Assembly: GCF_006345805.1 (NCBI RefSeq)
Contig: NC_043017.1
Span: 5,890,001-5,954,000 of the forward strand
Direction of reading: 5' to 3'
Length of the DNA stretch: 64,000 nt
Source: Octopus sinensis
Lineage: Eukaryota
A program made the translations under genes and the position numbers. Of this stretch, positions 1-13,305 are shown in pieces (within the stretch, counting starts at the first letter, position 1; each line of letters opens with the position of its first letter). The notes beneath the pieces were generated by a model, which saw nothing but the letters and a program-made list of their open reading frames with translations, had not been told where the DNA came from and did not search any database.

Positions 1-725
1 TCCACTCCTATTAAGCAACAATATACCTACACACACACACACACACACACTCACACATACACACACATCTATATATACACACACATACATATATACATAC
101 ACACATACACACTCACATACATATACACATATACATTGACATACATACATACATCATACATCATACATATATACATACATATGAATACATATACATGCAT
201 TTACACACATAGAAATATATTTCTGTATATACACGCGTGTACATACACATACAGACATACACACACGCACACGCACACACACACACACACACATAGTTAG
301 GAGTTCATCTTGGCCTCCTTTCACAAGCAGCATTATGCCTTGCTCTTCTTTGCCTTTGTGTTTCCCAGCTTCCACACAAAAATATCTATCCGCCATATTC
401 AAGTGCTACGACTGCCACGACTGAGTACTGTGTCTTTGAATTAATTGGTGCAAAGAAGAATGGAAACTCTTCAGCTTGCTTATGTACTGTAGAAAACATG
501 GCGCCGTTTAAGGTTTAGTATTTAGCGACAAGTGAATTCGATAAATACGTTATATTGATGTGATATCGTCTTGAGACAAGCATGACAGCGCTGAGAACAC
601 TCAAAGACTCTTGTATGTCCAGCTTTTCCGTATTCTTTTGTTATGTCGTTGTGCCTCTATATGTGTGTATATATGTGGGTATGTGTGTGTTTGTGTGAGT
701 GTGTGTGTGTGGTGGATTATAATAG

Positions 726-780
<55 letters not shown>

Positions 781-865
781 TGCACTGTTATATAACTGAA
801 CAAGTAACATACCTAGACATACGTGTATATTTGTGGGTATGCGCCTGTCTGTATATATATATAAT

Positions 866-910
<45 letters not shown>

Positions 911-1414
911 AATAGATTGACAGATTGATAGATACACACACATATGTATATAAATATACCTATATGTGTGTGTATATATACATGTCTATATTGATATCTA
1001 CATAGATACGTACACAGACTTATATTTATATATGTATGTATATATAAATATATGAATATATATATATGTTTGTATGTGTGTGTGTGTGTGTGTCGCGCGC
1101 GTGTGTGTGTTTGTCTATTAGGCGTTAGTTAAACTGTAAGTTTGTAGGTCTGGCGTCTCAGTTGAATGTGGTTTATAGCAGTGTGAGAAACTGATATAAC
1201 TAAATGACACTTCAAAAAAGAAAAAAAAAAAGTATCAGAAACTGTCAGAATTGAATAACAAACAGTAAGAGTTTGTTGGTGGTTTTCACTTCTAATGTTA
1301 AACGGTAATGACAGATGAGGCGACAGAGATAGAAAAGCATTTAAACAGACAACTGGCTCTCTCTTTCTCATTCTCTCTCTCTCTCTCTCTCGTTATATAG
1401 TTAAATAGACAGAC

Positions 1415-1506
1415 AATCAGACAGACAGACAAATAGACAAAGAGGCAGAGAGACAGACAGACGGATGGATGGATAGATAGATAGATAGAGAAAGAGAGAG
1501 CGAGTG

Positions 1507-1567
<61 letters not shown>

Positions 1568-1623
1568 TAGGTAGATAGATAGATAGATAGATAGATAAAT
1601 AGAGAGAGAGAGAGAGAGATAGG

Positions 1624-1658
<35 letters not shown>

Positions 1659-1659
1659 C

Positions 1660-1719
<60 letters not shown>

Positions 1720-1720
1720 C
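1415..1720. repeat. (GACA/GATA/GA)n compound microsatellite
   Basis: Direct inspection. Confidence 0.95.
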
Positions 1721-1729
1721 AGATCCACG

Positions 1730-2680
1730 CAGATCCTGCTAGCACGATTTCGTTGCACCTGTCCCAGCGGCAGTCTAGTACATACCTTGCTTGGTAATAT
1801 TCAAGACTTTGTGAATAAACGCAATCCAAATGAGGCAAGATGTTGCTCATCGACCTTCTTCACGAAGGACCAAATTGTGACAGTTCTGATGCGAAGAGCA
1901 AAGTGAAATCCAACAAGCTTAAGGAGCCACCAATCGCAATGTGCTCAAACGGTGAATTTGATTTTGGTTGTGGCGGGTGCTAAAGTTTCCGCGTAGCTGC
2001 TCGTCACCTCATCTCTGAAAAGAGTCAACACAAGAGCGTAGTCGACGTATATTCGGTACAGTGCCTCGCTCCACGTGCCACCGAGAATGGGATCTCGTGT
2101 GTCCTAAATCCTCCACTGGTGTTAGGGCAGAATGGATATTTCTGAGTTTGATAGTTGGTATCTTTGTATTTAAAAGTCTTAGATCCGAGGATTGCAGGTA
2201 AGATGTCTACAGCAAGTTTCAGTCCAGTTTATGCTTATTTATTATCTAATATGTTTTAGATAGAAGAGCAGTATTCCAGTATAAGGTTACATAACTAGGA
2301 CAGATTAGTTGTTATATACACCCACTATCAGCTCAGCAGTTGTTCAGACCTCAAATAGCTTGTTTTTGCATGTATGGGTGCGTTGAGGACAGATTTTGTG
2401 GCCGTTGATATGCAGTTTTACTGAATGATAGATTAGGGCTGCAGCCATACAGCAAATCTCCAGGCCTTGTTTTCTGTTACAATTCCATTCAATTTCTAGA
2501 GACTATCAAAACAATATAAATCGATCCCAGCATTTGACTAACGCTTTATTTTTATCGACAATGGAAGAATATATATCAAAGTTGATGCATAAATAAAACC
2601 GGGACCACCTGAGCAGCATTATAGGTCTCTGGGTATATACCGATGCATTTGACCCTTTAACGTATACTTTTTTTACAGCA
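1730..2680 (-). mobile_element. Decayed L1/Tx1-like LINE endonuclease remnant
   Basis: Minus-strand frameshifted pieces resemble APE motifs: LAVDILPAILGSK (cf. LVGDWNAILDPK) and GTWSEALYRIYVDYALV (cf. TW..S...SYLDRVLV). Many stops. Confidence 0.35.
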
Positions 2681-3725
2681 AGCCACGACATACATAGATC
2701 GGAATTGAACCCCTACAATCGTGAGATACTCATGCAACTAGCTTGATGTGCTCATACCTTAAGACGGCACTGGATCAGACAAGAAATATTTATCTTAGGA
2801 TGGATCACATATTAATGTTTGATTATCTTCGAAGAGTAAGTTAAATGTAACACTGATTAGGACTAAAAGTTTCATTGTTAAAAGCTAGGCACAAAGAAAG
2901 AAAGAGGATTTTAACAACTCTATATTGTTGCCAAATTTAAATGGATGTTATACGCTGATATACCATGATTGATATGGTGACAATATTTCGGCCGGTGCAC
3001 TCAGAAACCTTTTTCAAGAGCCTTGTTGTATTCGATTTTCAAACCGAACTCCGCATTAATTCACAGGTATTAAACCCCGATCCAGGGCTACGCGTAAAGA
3101 TACCAATACCGGTTGTCAAGCAATGATAGACAGTGGTGGACGGCAAACACAAACACACATACACACATACACACATATACACACATGACAGCCTTATTTC
3201 AGTTCCACTAAACCCACCCACAAGACTTTGAACAGCCCGAGGCTAGAGTGGAACCGAACCCATGTGGTTGAGAAGCAAACTTTTTGCCACTCAGCCACGC
3301 CAAGGATTTAAACAAACATGTATGTATGTAAAAAAAAAGCATGAGTATTCGCAGCAAAGTAACAAAGTTGAAGCAGCAAAATCATTAAAGTCTTTTTATG
3401 ACTATAATCGATTATACCTCCTATGTTAACCTACATAGTACAACGAAAATAATATACTTAAAAGAAGAATTTCGTATAAATTACATTATTATAAAAGCAG
3501 TTAAATCAGTTAATTGGAACGATATATGTAACATTTCATTCATGTAGTGATTCTAAACATCGATTGGGCTACTAAACATGCTAACTTGGTATATCTGATA
3601 AATATCATAAATATCGATTTAAAGCTGAACCAAATTTATATATATTAATGTATTATAATGCATTCCTTTGTAAGAACCGTTTGATAATATTCTATTTTAT
3701 ATGTACTTTATTATATATGTATGTA

Positions 3726-3772
<47 letters not shown>

Positions 3773-4389
3773 GATGTATATGTAATAGGTAAGTAGTTAG
3801 GCTGGTATGTGTCCGTGTATCTATATATGTGTATAAGTAAACATATATATAGTAAAAACACTCACAAACACACACACACACATACACACACACACATGCA
3901 CACACACGCACGCATATTTGAAAAAGTTTTCGTACATTCAAAATTTTTTAAAACTCTTTTAAAAAGAAATAAACACAGACCTGGGGTAAGGAAGTTTTTG
4001 TGCAAGCGCTTTTTGCTGTTTACAGCTTTTCAAACGCACGTGCTATAAGGTAATTCAGATAGACGTGTTTCCTAAAGATGTCTACATTTATTTTTATCAT
4101 GTTTTTATGCTCTGCGCGAACTCCAAGCAACATCAACGAACTACAGGGCACGGTATTTCGGCCTGATTTCGCCTCTTTAGGAGTAAATAACACATCGTTT
4201 TTTTTGGGTATATTTGAAATTTTCGCTCCTATACATACACACACACAAACACACACATATATGCATCGTAATAGCTATTTAGAGAGGTAGGGAAGTAGAT
4301 AAATACACATAGATCTCAGAGATATACTCTTTTTTACTCTCTTTACTTTTTTAACTTGTTTCAGTCATTTGACTGTGGCCATGGTGCAG

Positions 4390-4740
4390 TTAGCTTGTGA
4401 AAAAAATGTATTCTGCTTGGCAAAAACCAGAATTAGAGAAGAAAAGTTAATAAATGGCCGAAGAAATATTGTTGTCAGTTCAAAATAGTAGGGTGGTGGT
4501 GGTGGAAGGCAAAGCAATAGTTAACAGACAAGATAAAGCAGTTAATAACGAGATGAAGTACAGAGCAGCAAGGGAAATTAAGCAGAGTGGTAAGGAAGTA
4601 GGTAAGTTGTAAAAGAAGAAGATACAGTGAATGAAAAAGAATTTTAGCTAAGGCAATGAGAAATTATAAAGATTTTGTATAATGAGCAAAGGTCTTGTAA
4701 AATTTATGCCTACAAGCAAAGATTATGCGAGAGAATCGAT
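4390..4740 (+). mobile_element. Possible very old LINE endonuclease remnant
   Basis: Purine-skewed segment with CLAKTRIREEK (cf. CLQETR) and KIYAY (cf. SVYAP). Weak. Confidence 0.2.
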
Positions 4741-5108
4741 TAGATAAAGAGGTCTTATTTTGGCGCAGTACAGTGAGCGACTCCCGGCAACGTAATTAAC
4801 AGACGCAAAGGGAGTTCAACCACAAAATTATAGAACAGGACAAGGCATAAGGTGTGCCATGGGTCAGAAAGCGGTGTATATTTGTGGATGTGTGCTGAAG
4901 TTTGTAAAGCTGGAATTAATGAAATATATGTGCGCGAGGGATCGAAGATCAAAATAAAGATGTGAATATTTATTTTTAACACGCTCTTGTACATGAAAGA
5001 CATTTGGTACAGGATTTTGTCTTGGGGAAAAAATATCTCTCCATCGACTTTGTAAAAGCACACAGAGTTCCAAGTTCCAAAAATTCTGCTCATATATATT
5101 TAAACATA

Positions 5109-5196
<88 letters not shown>

Positions 5197-5718
5197 CACG
5201 CACACACACATGCAGTATATATATATACATATATATAGGATGTTATTCAGGAATTCAACTATGAGTCCACCGCATCTTATTATAAGCAGAAACAGCTGTA
5301 AGCTACTGCAGTTCATAACTTAACATTGTTTTTCCTGTGTAATCTCTTTCTCTTGTTATCGCTCCATACTCAACTAATACTCTGTTCTGGAACATGCGTA
5401 TACTCAGCTCTACACCAGTTCATTAGCTTTGCAGTATATATATATAATAATGGTGAAAAATTGAATATTAATTTGATTAATATCAATTTAAAACCAGAAA
5501 AAGATAATCAACACTCCTTGCAGGAGTTTCAAAATAGTTTGGTGGGCTCCGACGCAACTTAAAGTTTCGTATGTTCAACAGAGAAACCTAGTTCGTTGAA
5601 TTGACGAAGCACAATGGCCTCCGTTCGTGTGACGAGCATGCGAAACTAAATTGCATGGGATTGAAGGAAACTGTTTTAAACAACACCACCACCAACAACA
5701 ACACTAATAACAATGATA

Positions 5719-5798
<80 letters not shown>

Positions 5799-5799
<1 letters not shown>

Positions 5800-6346
5800 T
5801 GCAGTAACAGGCAGTGGTTCTCATGGCTTCTGATCTTAACTGATTGGAAGTGTTATCATGTACATTGTTTTGTCTTGGTATAAAAGATGGGCTACAGCAA
5901 ATATTCTGCTCAATACCACAGATTTGCTTGTCAGTTGTTTGACCTTAACCAGTTGAGCATGTCCCTTTGTGGCTGACGATGTGTGCATCTCTGATCACGA
6001 GCAGAAGTAGTGGAGGAGCATCATAGCCATGTGTTGAGAGGGATTCTTTGGGGTTTGAATAATTCACCTCTGGAAACATGGGTGGTTCTTTCAACATCCT
6101 TAAACAACCCTTATTCAGGGACCTTTTAAGCGGGATGGGCTACTCAACCTGAAGAAAATTCTAACTGGGCCCCACCTGCAAGGTCATGTGCTGTTTATCT
6201 TGATATGAGATCACCATGTTGCGCACATATGGTTGTGATGCATGTGCCTGGTGTACCCTTATCAGACGGGTAGTCATGATGAGTATATTGGGCTTCGTAT
6301 ATTTTACCCCAGTGTCACTTTGATGGCATGAACTGCTATCTCACTC
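5799..6346 (+). mobile_element. Non-coding interspersed retroposon-like repeat (family E), inserted in (AAT)n
   Basis: Second copy at 21348-21746 shares ~400 nt and the same 3' end ...ctcactc(aat)n. Both copies are flanked on both sides by (AAT)n. Confidence 0.7.
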
Positions 6347-6438
6347 AATAATAATAATAATAATAATAATAAAATAATAATAATAATAATAATAATAATG
6401 ATAATAATAATAATAATAATGATAACAATAACAACACT

Positions 6439-7205
6439 GCTCAAGATCAAATATTATTGCCCCAGACCAACCAAGCCAATGTGATGAAAAATGTAGTAGA
6501 TTCAAAGTGCCGATTCTGCAATGATGAGATTGAAACAATGGACCACCTAATCTCAGGATGTAAAGTCTTAGTACCAGTGGAATATAAATCAAAACATAAC
6601 CGAGATGGCTAATATCTACACTGGTTAATATGCTGGCATTATAAACTCAAAGCTCTGAGGTTGAAGCTGACGGGAAAAAAAACGTAACGATTCTTTGGGA
6701 CTTTCTAGTACATTCAGTCAAAAGTATCAAAGCTAATAGGCCGGATATTGTTGTGAAAGACCAAAACAATACATTTTGTTTATTGATCGACGTGGGTATT
6801 CCTTGTTGATCATAATATCTCGGTAAAAGTATTTGAGAAGCTCAGAAAATGTAAAGATTTGTTGATTGCAATCGAAAAAAAAAATGTGGCATCTCAAGGC
6901 GTTTACAATACCAGTGATTATAGGAGTACTTGGAATGATCGGGGAAAGGAAATCGTTTGAGAATGATCCCAGTTTTATCGTTCATGTAATAATTGGTAGG
7001 TCGCAAGTATTGAGGAGAGCAATGTCGATGTGAGAACGATTACCATTCATGTATTTTAATTCTTGTTTCGCATGACTGGATTTCATTTTGAAAATGAACA
7101 ATTTCGTGTGTTTAATTTAATGGCTTATCAATGTATTCAGTGAGTTTCTTTGCCCCAAGTGTTGGGAAGACACTCGGCAAGAAATGAAAACAAAGCTGAA
7201 AGAAA
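6439..7205 (+). mobile_element. R4/Dong-clade non-LTR retrotransposon 3' fragment (zinc knuckle + RLE endonuclease), decayed
   Basis: AQDQ..SKCRFCNDEIETMDHLISGC (CCHC), ILWDF..KANRPDIVVKD..CLLIDVGIP (PD..D), IPVIIGVLG. Stop at 7031-7033, then 3' UTR and (ACT)n(AAT)n tail at 7207-7298. Confidence 0.9.
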
Positions 7206-7206
7206 A

Positions 7207-7289
<83 letters not shown>

Positions 7290-8132
7290 TAATAATAATC
7301 ATATGTATATGATTCACGGCAGGAGGTGCAGATGAGGGCAGCTGCATCGAACACTCTCATGCACCAAATGGCAGTTACTAAAAAGCATTCGTGAAGTTAA
7401 ATCATGTAGCAACACCAAATGGCGGTGCCCCAGCATGGCCACAGCTCGTGAGCTGAAACTAGATAAAATAAAATAAAATAAAATAAAAAATATGTATGTA
7501 TGTATGTATTTATGTTTGTATGTATGTATGTATGTATGTATGTATGTATGTATGTATGTAGCTGGTGTTAAGTGAACAACAAATTATGTCTACGTGTTTA
7601 CACGACATACTTGGAGTCTTAGCCAAAATACCCTCAAGTTATGCTGTATCGTCTGAAAAGAGGACACGTTCGATAATGTGATTCTAGCTTCTGTGCATAT
7701 AGGTGTTCGATAAATGAGACTAAGAGAATGAGTAACAAGTTTTTAAAAAGTACTGGGGCCCATTTGCTTGTCTAAACCCTTCAAACTAGGGTCCCAACAT
7801 GACGGAAACTAGCAAAAGAAAAGGATAGACACATTAGATAAAGTAATCCCAGATGAACTGTTTCTGAAATAAAGGACTGGGCTGTTATTTATCACAAGTC
7901 TGTCTGTTGGATCGGAGTTGATCTAGGGTTAAAAAACATCAAATAACACGAGATATTAGGGTCCAAATCCTCAAAAGAGCCTGTCAGGCTTTTTTGCCAT
8001 CTATTTATCCTTCTATCTATATATTTGTCTGTCTGTCTGTCTGACCGTCTGTCCGTCCATCCAGCCATCTGTCTGTCTGTCCTACCTTCCTGCCGTTTGT
8101 CTGTCTGTCTGTCTATCTATCTATATATCTAT

Positions 8133-8192
<60 letters not shown>

Positions 8193-8221
8193 GGTCAGTA
8201 TATCTGTTTGTCTGTCTCTGT

Positions 8222-8272
<51 letters not shown>

Positions 8273-8461
8273 TATATATATATCAGTCTGTCTGTCTGTT
8301 TATCTTCAGAGACAGAGAAATGTAGACAGAAGCAAACAAGACGAGAGACATAATGCAGAAGGAAAACATGTTATGTAACGCGAGGTGTGGTGTGGATGTA
8401 GTGTAGGTTGTAGTAATTAATGTGGTGCTGTCAATCAATAGCAAAACAGTAATCAAGCGAT

Positions 8462-9160
8462 TCACTACACTACCACCGACACCACCACCACAACCACAAC
8501 CACCACCACCACCACCACCACCACAACCACCACCACCACCACCACCACCACCACCACCACCACCACCACCATCACCACCACCACCACCACAACCACCACC
8601 ACCACCACCACCACACCACCACCCACCACCACCACCGACACCACCACACCACCACCACCACCACCACCACCACCACACCACCACCACCACCACACCACCA
8701 CCACCACCACCACCACAACCACCACCACCACCATCCACAACATCACCGCCGTCACTCCCCCACCACAACAACTACAACCACTACCATCACGACGACGACG
8801 ATGACCACCACTAACAACACCATGACTACTACCACGACCACGACGACGACGACCACCACCACCACCTTCACGACAACATCTACTACTATTGCTACAGCCA
8901 CTACACCAACCACTACCACCATATCAACAACAACAACAACAACCTTCTCGACCACAAACAAGGATACCACTGCAACCACTGCCCTTACCATCACCACCAC
9001 TAACACCTCAACATCACCAAAGTTACTACCAACACGGACATAACCAACACGGATACCATCACCAGCTTCGGCAATAACAATCACTCGCCACCACAACCTC
9101 CACCTTCTAGCCACCACTATGACATCAACAAACACACCACCAACCATGACCACCATCGCT
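8462..9160. repeat. (CCA)n-based low-complexity tract
   Basis: Direct inspection. Source of the poly-Pro/His/Thr/Val/Gly pseudo-ORFs. Confidence 0.95.
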
Positions 9161-9304
9161 AAAACAACATGTGTATTGTATTATCCATCCCAATGTAATT
9201 ATTTGCTGTACAACGTCTTATCAATGTTTTCACACCAAACCGCCATCTTGAACGATGTTCCACGGCATCGCTTGCTTCTCTATGTTCTTTCTTTCTTTCT
9301 TTCT

Positions 9305-9377
<73 letters not shown>

Positions 9378-9456
9378 CTCTTTCTTTCTTTCTCCCTCTC
9401 TCTCTTTCACACACACTTTCATTCTGTTTATATTTCTATGTCACTTTATCCATCTA

Positions 9457-9489
<33 letters not shown>

Positions 9490-9525
9490 TTTCATACTGT
9501 TTATATTTCTATGTCACTTTATCCA

Positions 9526-9560
<35 letters not shown>

Positions 9561-9739
9561 CCCTCCTGTCTGTCTGCTCCAGTCTTATCTCTGTTGATTG
9601 TTTATCTTCATGCCGTACGTTGCCGTTGTTGTCTGCCCTTACCCGCCACTCCTTCTTCACTTCGCCTACAGCACAGTTTCCCACTTACATTCTCTTTCAC
9701 GTTGTTAAGATTTTCCATGTGTATTTCACACAGTCGGTT

Positions 9740-10109
9740 GTTGGAAGCACTCCGTCGGTTACGACGACGAGGGTTCCGGTTGATCCGATCAACGGAACAG
9801 CCTGCTCGTGAAATTAACGTGTAAGTGGCTGAGCACTCCACAGACACGTGTACCCTTAACGTAGTTCTCGGGGATATTCAGTGTGACACAGAGAGTGACA
9901 AGGCCGGCTCTTTGAAATACAGGAAGTAAGAGTGAGAGAAAGTTGTGGTGAAAGAGTACAGCAGGGATCACCACCATCCCTGCCGGAGCCTCGTGGAGCT
10001 TTAGGTGTTTTCGCTCAATAAACACTCACAACGCCCGGTCTGGGAATCGAAACCGTGATCCTACGACCGCGAGTCCGCTGCCCTAACCACTGGGCCATTG
10101 CGCCTCCAC
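9740..10109 (-). mobile_element. tRNA-derived SINE, family C, full length with TSD
   Basis: Head gtggaggcgcaaTGGCCCAGTGGttagggcagcgg...GGTTTCGATTCC (A and B boxes). Flanking direct repeat cacacagtcggtt at 9727-9739 and 10107-10119. Confidence 0.9.
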
Positions 10110-10549
10110 ACAGTCGGTTATATAATCCATAGCAGTATTAGATGCGAGTCCGAAACTTAAAAAGACTTGGACGCGCTAGGGCAGTTGTAGACTCACTGGA
10201 CATGGCTGTTTGTCGCTGCTGATATCTGAGCAAAAGGCCAGTTGTAGACTTATAGACAAGGATGTTTGGTGCTGCTGATATCTGAGCAGGAGGCCAAAGG
10301 TTCGGTTCTTCATGTCTCCGGTCCTCTCTGAAGCCGTTGTTCTGTTAAAAAATGGTTATCATAGATGTATTAAAATACAGTGATACAGTATTTGACAATG
10401 ATAAGAAAATGTTAAGAGGGGCATTTTGTTTAAACTGTTTACATAAAAAAGCGTTCAAAATAGGTAGTAAAATAAATTCATAATTATTTATAAGTTCATC
10501 AAAAATCATAATTGTATAGAAGCATATAAATAAAAAAATAAATACGCCC

Positions 10550-10790
10550 TTTTTAAAGCCTAGCCAGGTTCATGGGCCCGGTTTCCCGGTTTCTATGGCG
10601 TATGTGTTCCCCAGCTGGATGGAACGCCTGTTCATCGCAGCGTTACTCATTTTTGCCAGCTGAGTGAACTGGAGCAACGTGAAATGAAGTGTTTTGCTCA
10701 AGAACACAACGCGTCGCCCGGTCCAGGAATCGAAACCACAATCTTACCATCATGGTGCTGACACCTAACCACTAAGCCACACGCCTCCAC
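10550..10790 (-). mobile_element. tRNA-derived SINE, family D (CORE-like body)
   Basis: Head ggaggcgtgtggcttagtggttagg...ggtttcgattcc. Body gtgttcttgagcaaaacactt. Confidence 0.85.
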
Positions 10791-11142
10791 ATAGAAGCAG
10801 CTACACAGCAAGAAATGGTAGACAGCATTTGATAGGAGAAAGTGTGTATTGCTTAATCAAAGCTCCATCAGAAATCGTATGTAAGTATTTATACAGAATT
10901 TTAGGGGAACGACCAACCTTTTGTTTTCATCTATAGTCTTGTAACAAGACTAGAGATGAAGAGAAAAGGTTGGTGATCGCCCAAAATGCATAGACAGGAG
11001 GGTCTTCGGCACCGTTTTCGTCTACCAAATTTCAATCGAGTTAAAAACCTGAGCTTTTGGTAGATCGAACACTGCACCACGCAGTTACAAAGTGTAGTTC
11101 GAACCACATACCAGACTCCTATTTCTCATTCACCACCATCAT

Positions 11143-11203
<61 letters not shown>

Positions 11204-11235
11204 GCGGCTGCTGCTGCTGCTGCTGCTGCTACTAC

Positions 11236-11309
<74 letters not shown>

Positions 11310-11316
11310 TTACTGC

Positions 11317-11349
<33 letters not shown>

Positions 11350-11400
11350 CCTTTCTGCTGCCGTTATCGTTATTACACTTAAATTCTTCTTCATTTTCAG

Positions 11401-11502
11401 TTTATGTGTTACCATGGCAACTGTACAGATTACCAATGCCACAAAGCCGTTAAGATTTACTCCATGTTCCATAAAGTGCCTTGTGTGGGAAGGAAGTGTC
11501 AG
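11401..11502 (+). CDS. Internal coding exon of a Ly6/uPAR (LU/three-finger) domain protein: FMCYHGNCTDYQCHKAVKIYSMFHKVPCVGRKCQ
   Basis: Strong acceptor ttcttcttcattttcag|TTT and donor CAG|gtaagt. 102 nt, phase 0/0, open. Contains the xCYxxxC start typical of LU domains and 5 Cys. Joins in frame to the exon at 37969. Confidence 0.8.
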
Positions 11503-11811
11503 GTAAGTAAATTCTTACTTTTATACAACCACTACCACCACCGCCGCCACCGCCGCCACCGCCACCACCACCACAACCACCACCACCACCTCCACCACCA
11601 TCAATAGGAATATTGAAAGGAGTTTCTATAAAACTAGTTCGCAAACATAAAATGGCTATAGGGGTCCACCAGAATGATAAAACTTGGTTGATAATCCCTG
11701 CTCAACGCGATTGTCTGATTGCAAAAAACAGCAGTTGAATCCTTCATTAATCCCCCCCCCCACGGTCTTTAAAATAGATATTTGGCAATGCAGTTATAGA
11801 TATGGGTGCAG

Positions 11812-12180
11812 GTATTGCTGTGTGGCAAGGAAGCTTAATTTTCGACCACGTAGTCCCAGGCTCAGACCCCGAAAGGGCGCCACCTTGGACCTTCTTCTAT
11901 AGCCCCGAGTTGACCAAATCTTAGTCAGTGAATTTGATAACCGGAAACTGTGTGGAAGCCCGTCATATTTGTGTGTGTGTCATTGTGTTCATGTTTGTTT
12001 CGTTCCACTGCAGTGTCTGTTTTTAGTTCCCGTGACTCAGCCGTTCGGCAAGAAAGATCGATAGAATAAGTACCTGACTGTAAATAAATGAGTGCTGGGG
12101 GTCAATTGGCTCGACAAACCCTTTTTTTATGTGGTGCTGCAGCATGGCCACAGTCTAATGAATGAAACAAGTAAAAGATG
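11812..12180 (+). mobile_element. tRNA-derived SINE, family B (diverged)
   Basis: gctgtgtggcaaggaagctt..caccttgg..ggaaactg..gttcggcaag..gcatggccacagtc..gaaacaagtaaaag. Confidence 0.75.
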
Positions 12181-12189
12181 AACCGGCAC

Positions 12190-12350
12190 TCCGTCGGTTA
12201 CGACGACGAGTATTCCAGTTGGTGCGATCAACGGAACAGCCTGCTTGTGAAATTAACGTGCTAGTGGCTGAGTACTCCACAGACACGTGTACTCATAATG
12301 GTAGTTATCAGGCAGATTCAGCATGACACACAGAATGTGATAAGGATGGT
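12190..12350 (-). mobile_element. SINE family C 3' tail fragment
   Basis: gcactccgtcggttacgacgacgag...aacggaacagcctgc matches 9748-9860. Confidence 0.8.
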
Positions 12351-12859
12351 ACTATCCATTTTCGCCAGTTGAGGGGACGGGAACAATGTGAAGTAGAACG
12401 TCTTGCCCAAGGACACAACCACCCTGAGCCGGATACCTCAACCACTAAACCACTCGTGTTCACAGTAAAAGCTAAAAGAGATACGATAAAGATGAGATGG
12501 TCATATTCGAAATTGCCATTGATCATAGGCTTACTCGACCAAGTGAACCTAGGGTTAAAGAGCAACAGCAACACCCATAGCCTCGATAGTCTTCAAAATA
12601 TAGCTTCTTGGCTCTTAAGTCTTCAGCGATGCCCTCCATTGTATTAAAAGTTTAAAGAACACACCAGAGGGAGAAAGCTGGGTGCAGCAGGGAGATCGGT
12701 TTCTTTTCGTCTGAAATCGAAGTCGAATTTTACTTGAACGTCTCTTTAAACAAAATGTTCGGAAATCGATCTCTGCGTTTGGCAAAGAGTTTCGGCGGAT
12801 TAGCAATTGTATTGGTCTGGGGTTTGTGATCTACTTATTAGTTTGGCATTGATCGTAAG

Positions 12860-12953
12860 ATGGTGATGATGATGATGATGATGATAGTGATGATAGTGAT
12901 GGTGGTGGTGGTGGTGGTGGTGATGATGATGATGATTATGATGATGATGATAA

Positions 12954-12987
<34 letters not shown>

Positions 12988-13099
12988 GGTGGTGGTGGTG
13001 ATGATGATGATTATGATGATGATGATGATGATGATGATTATGATGGTAGTGGTGGTGGTGGTATTGGTGGTGGTGGTGATGATGATGATGATGATGATA

Positions 13100-13133
<34 letters not shown>

Positions 13134-13305
13134 GGTGGTGGTGATGATGATGATTATGATGATGATGATGATGATGATTATGATAGTGGTGGTGGTGGTG
13201 GTATTGGTGGTGGTGGGGATGATGATGATGATGATGATGATGAGATGATGATGATTGTTGCTGTTGTGGTGGTGGTGGTGGTGGTGGTGGTGACGGTGGT
13301 AACAG
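12860..13305. repeat. (GAT)n/(GGT)n compound tract with an internal higher-order duplication
   Basis: Block ending ggtattggtggtggt occurs twice (~13060 and ~13200). Confidence 0.9.

Noticed and set aside
4026-4049. 24-nt micro-exon candidate (tttacag|...aag|gtaatt) or a longer signal-like exon ending ...ARAI
   Set aside because: The phase-0 reading (LFKRTCYK) is not signal-like. The signal-like frame ends in phase 2 and would put the 11401 exon out of frame.
8283-9156. Poly-Pro/His/Thr/Gly/Val ORFs resembling extensins or formins
   Set aside because: Pure (CCA)n microsatellite, open in many frames on both strands, with no splice-supported unique sequence.
9740-10109. tRNA gene calls for SINE heads (also 35430-35507, 10720-10790, 31530-31590)
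   Set aside because: A and B boxes are present, but there is no complete acceptor-stem cloverleaf and they continue into multi-copy SINE bodies.
10182-10295. CRISPR-like repeat-spacer arrangement
   Set aside because: Only two units, eukaryotic context, no cas genes. Kept only as a simple duplication.
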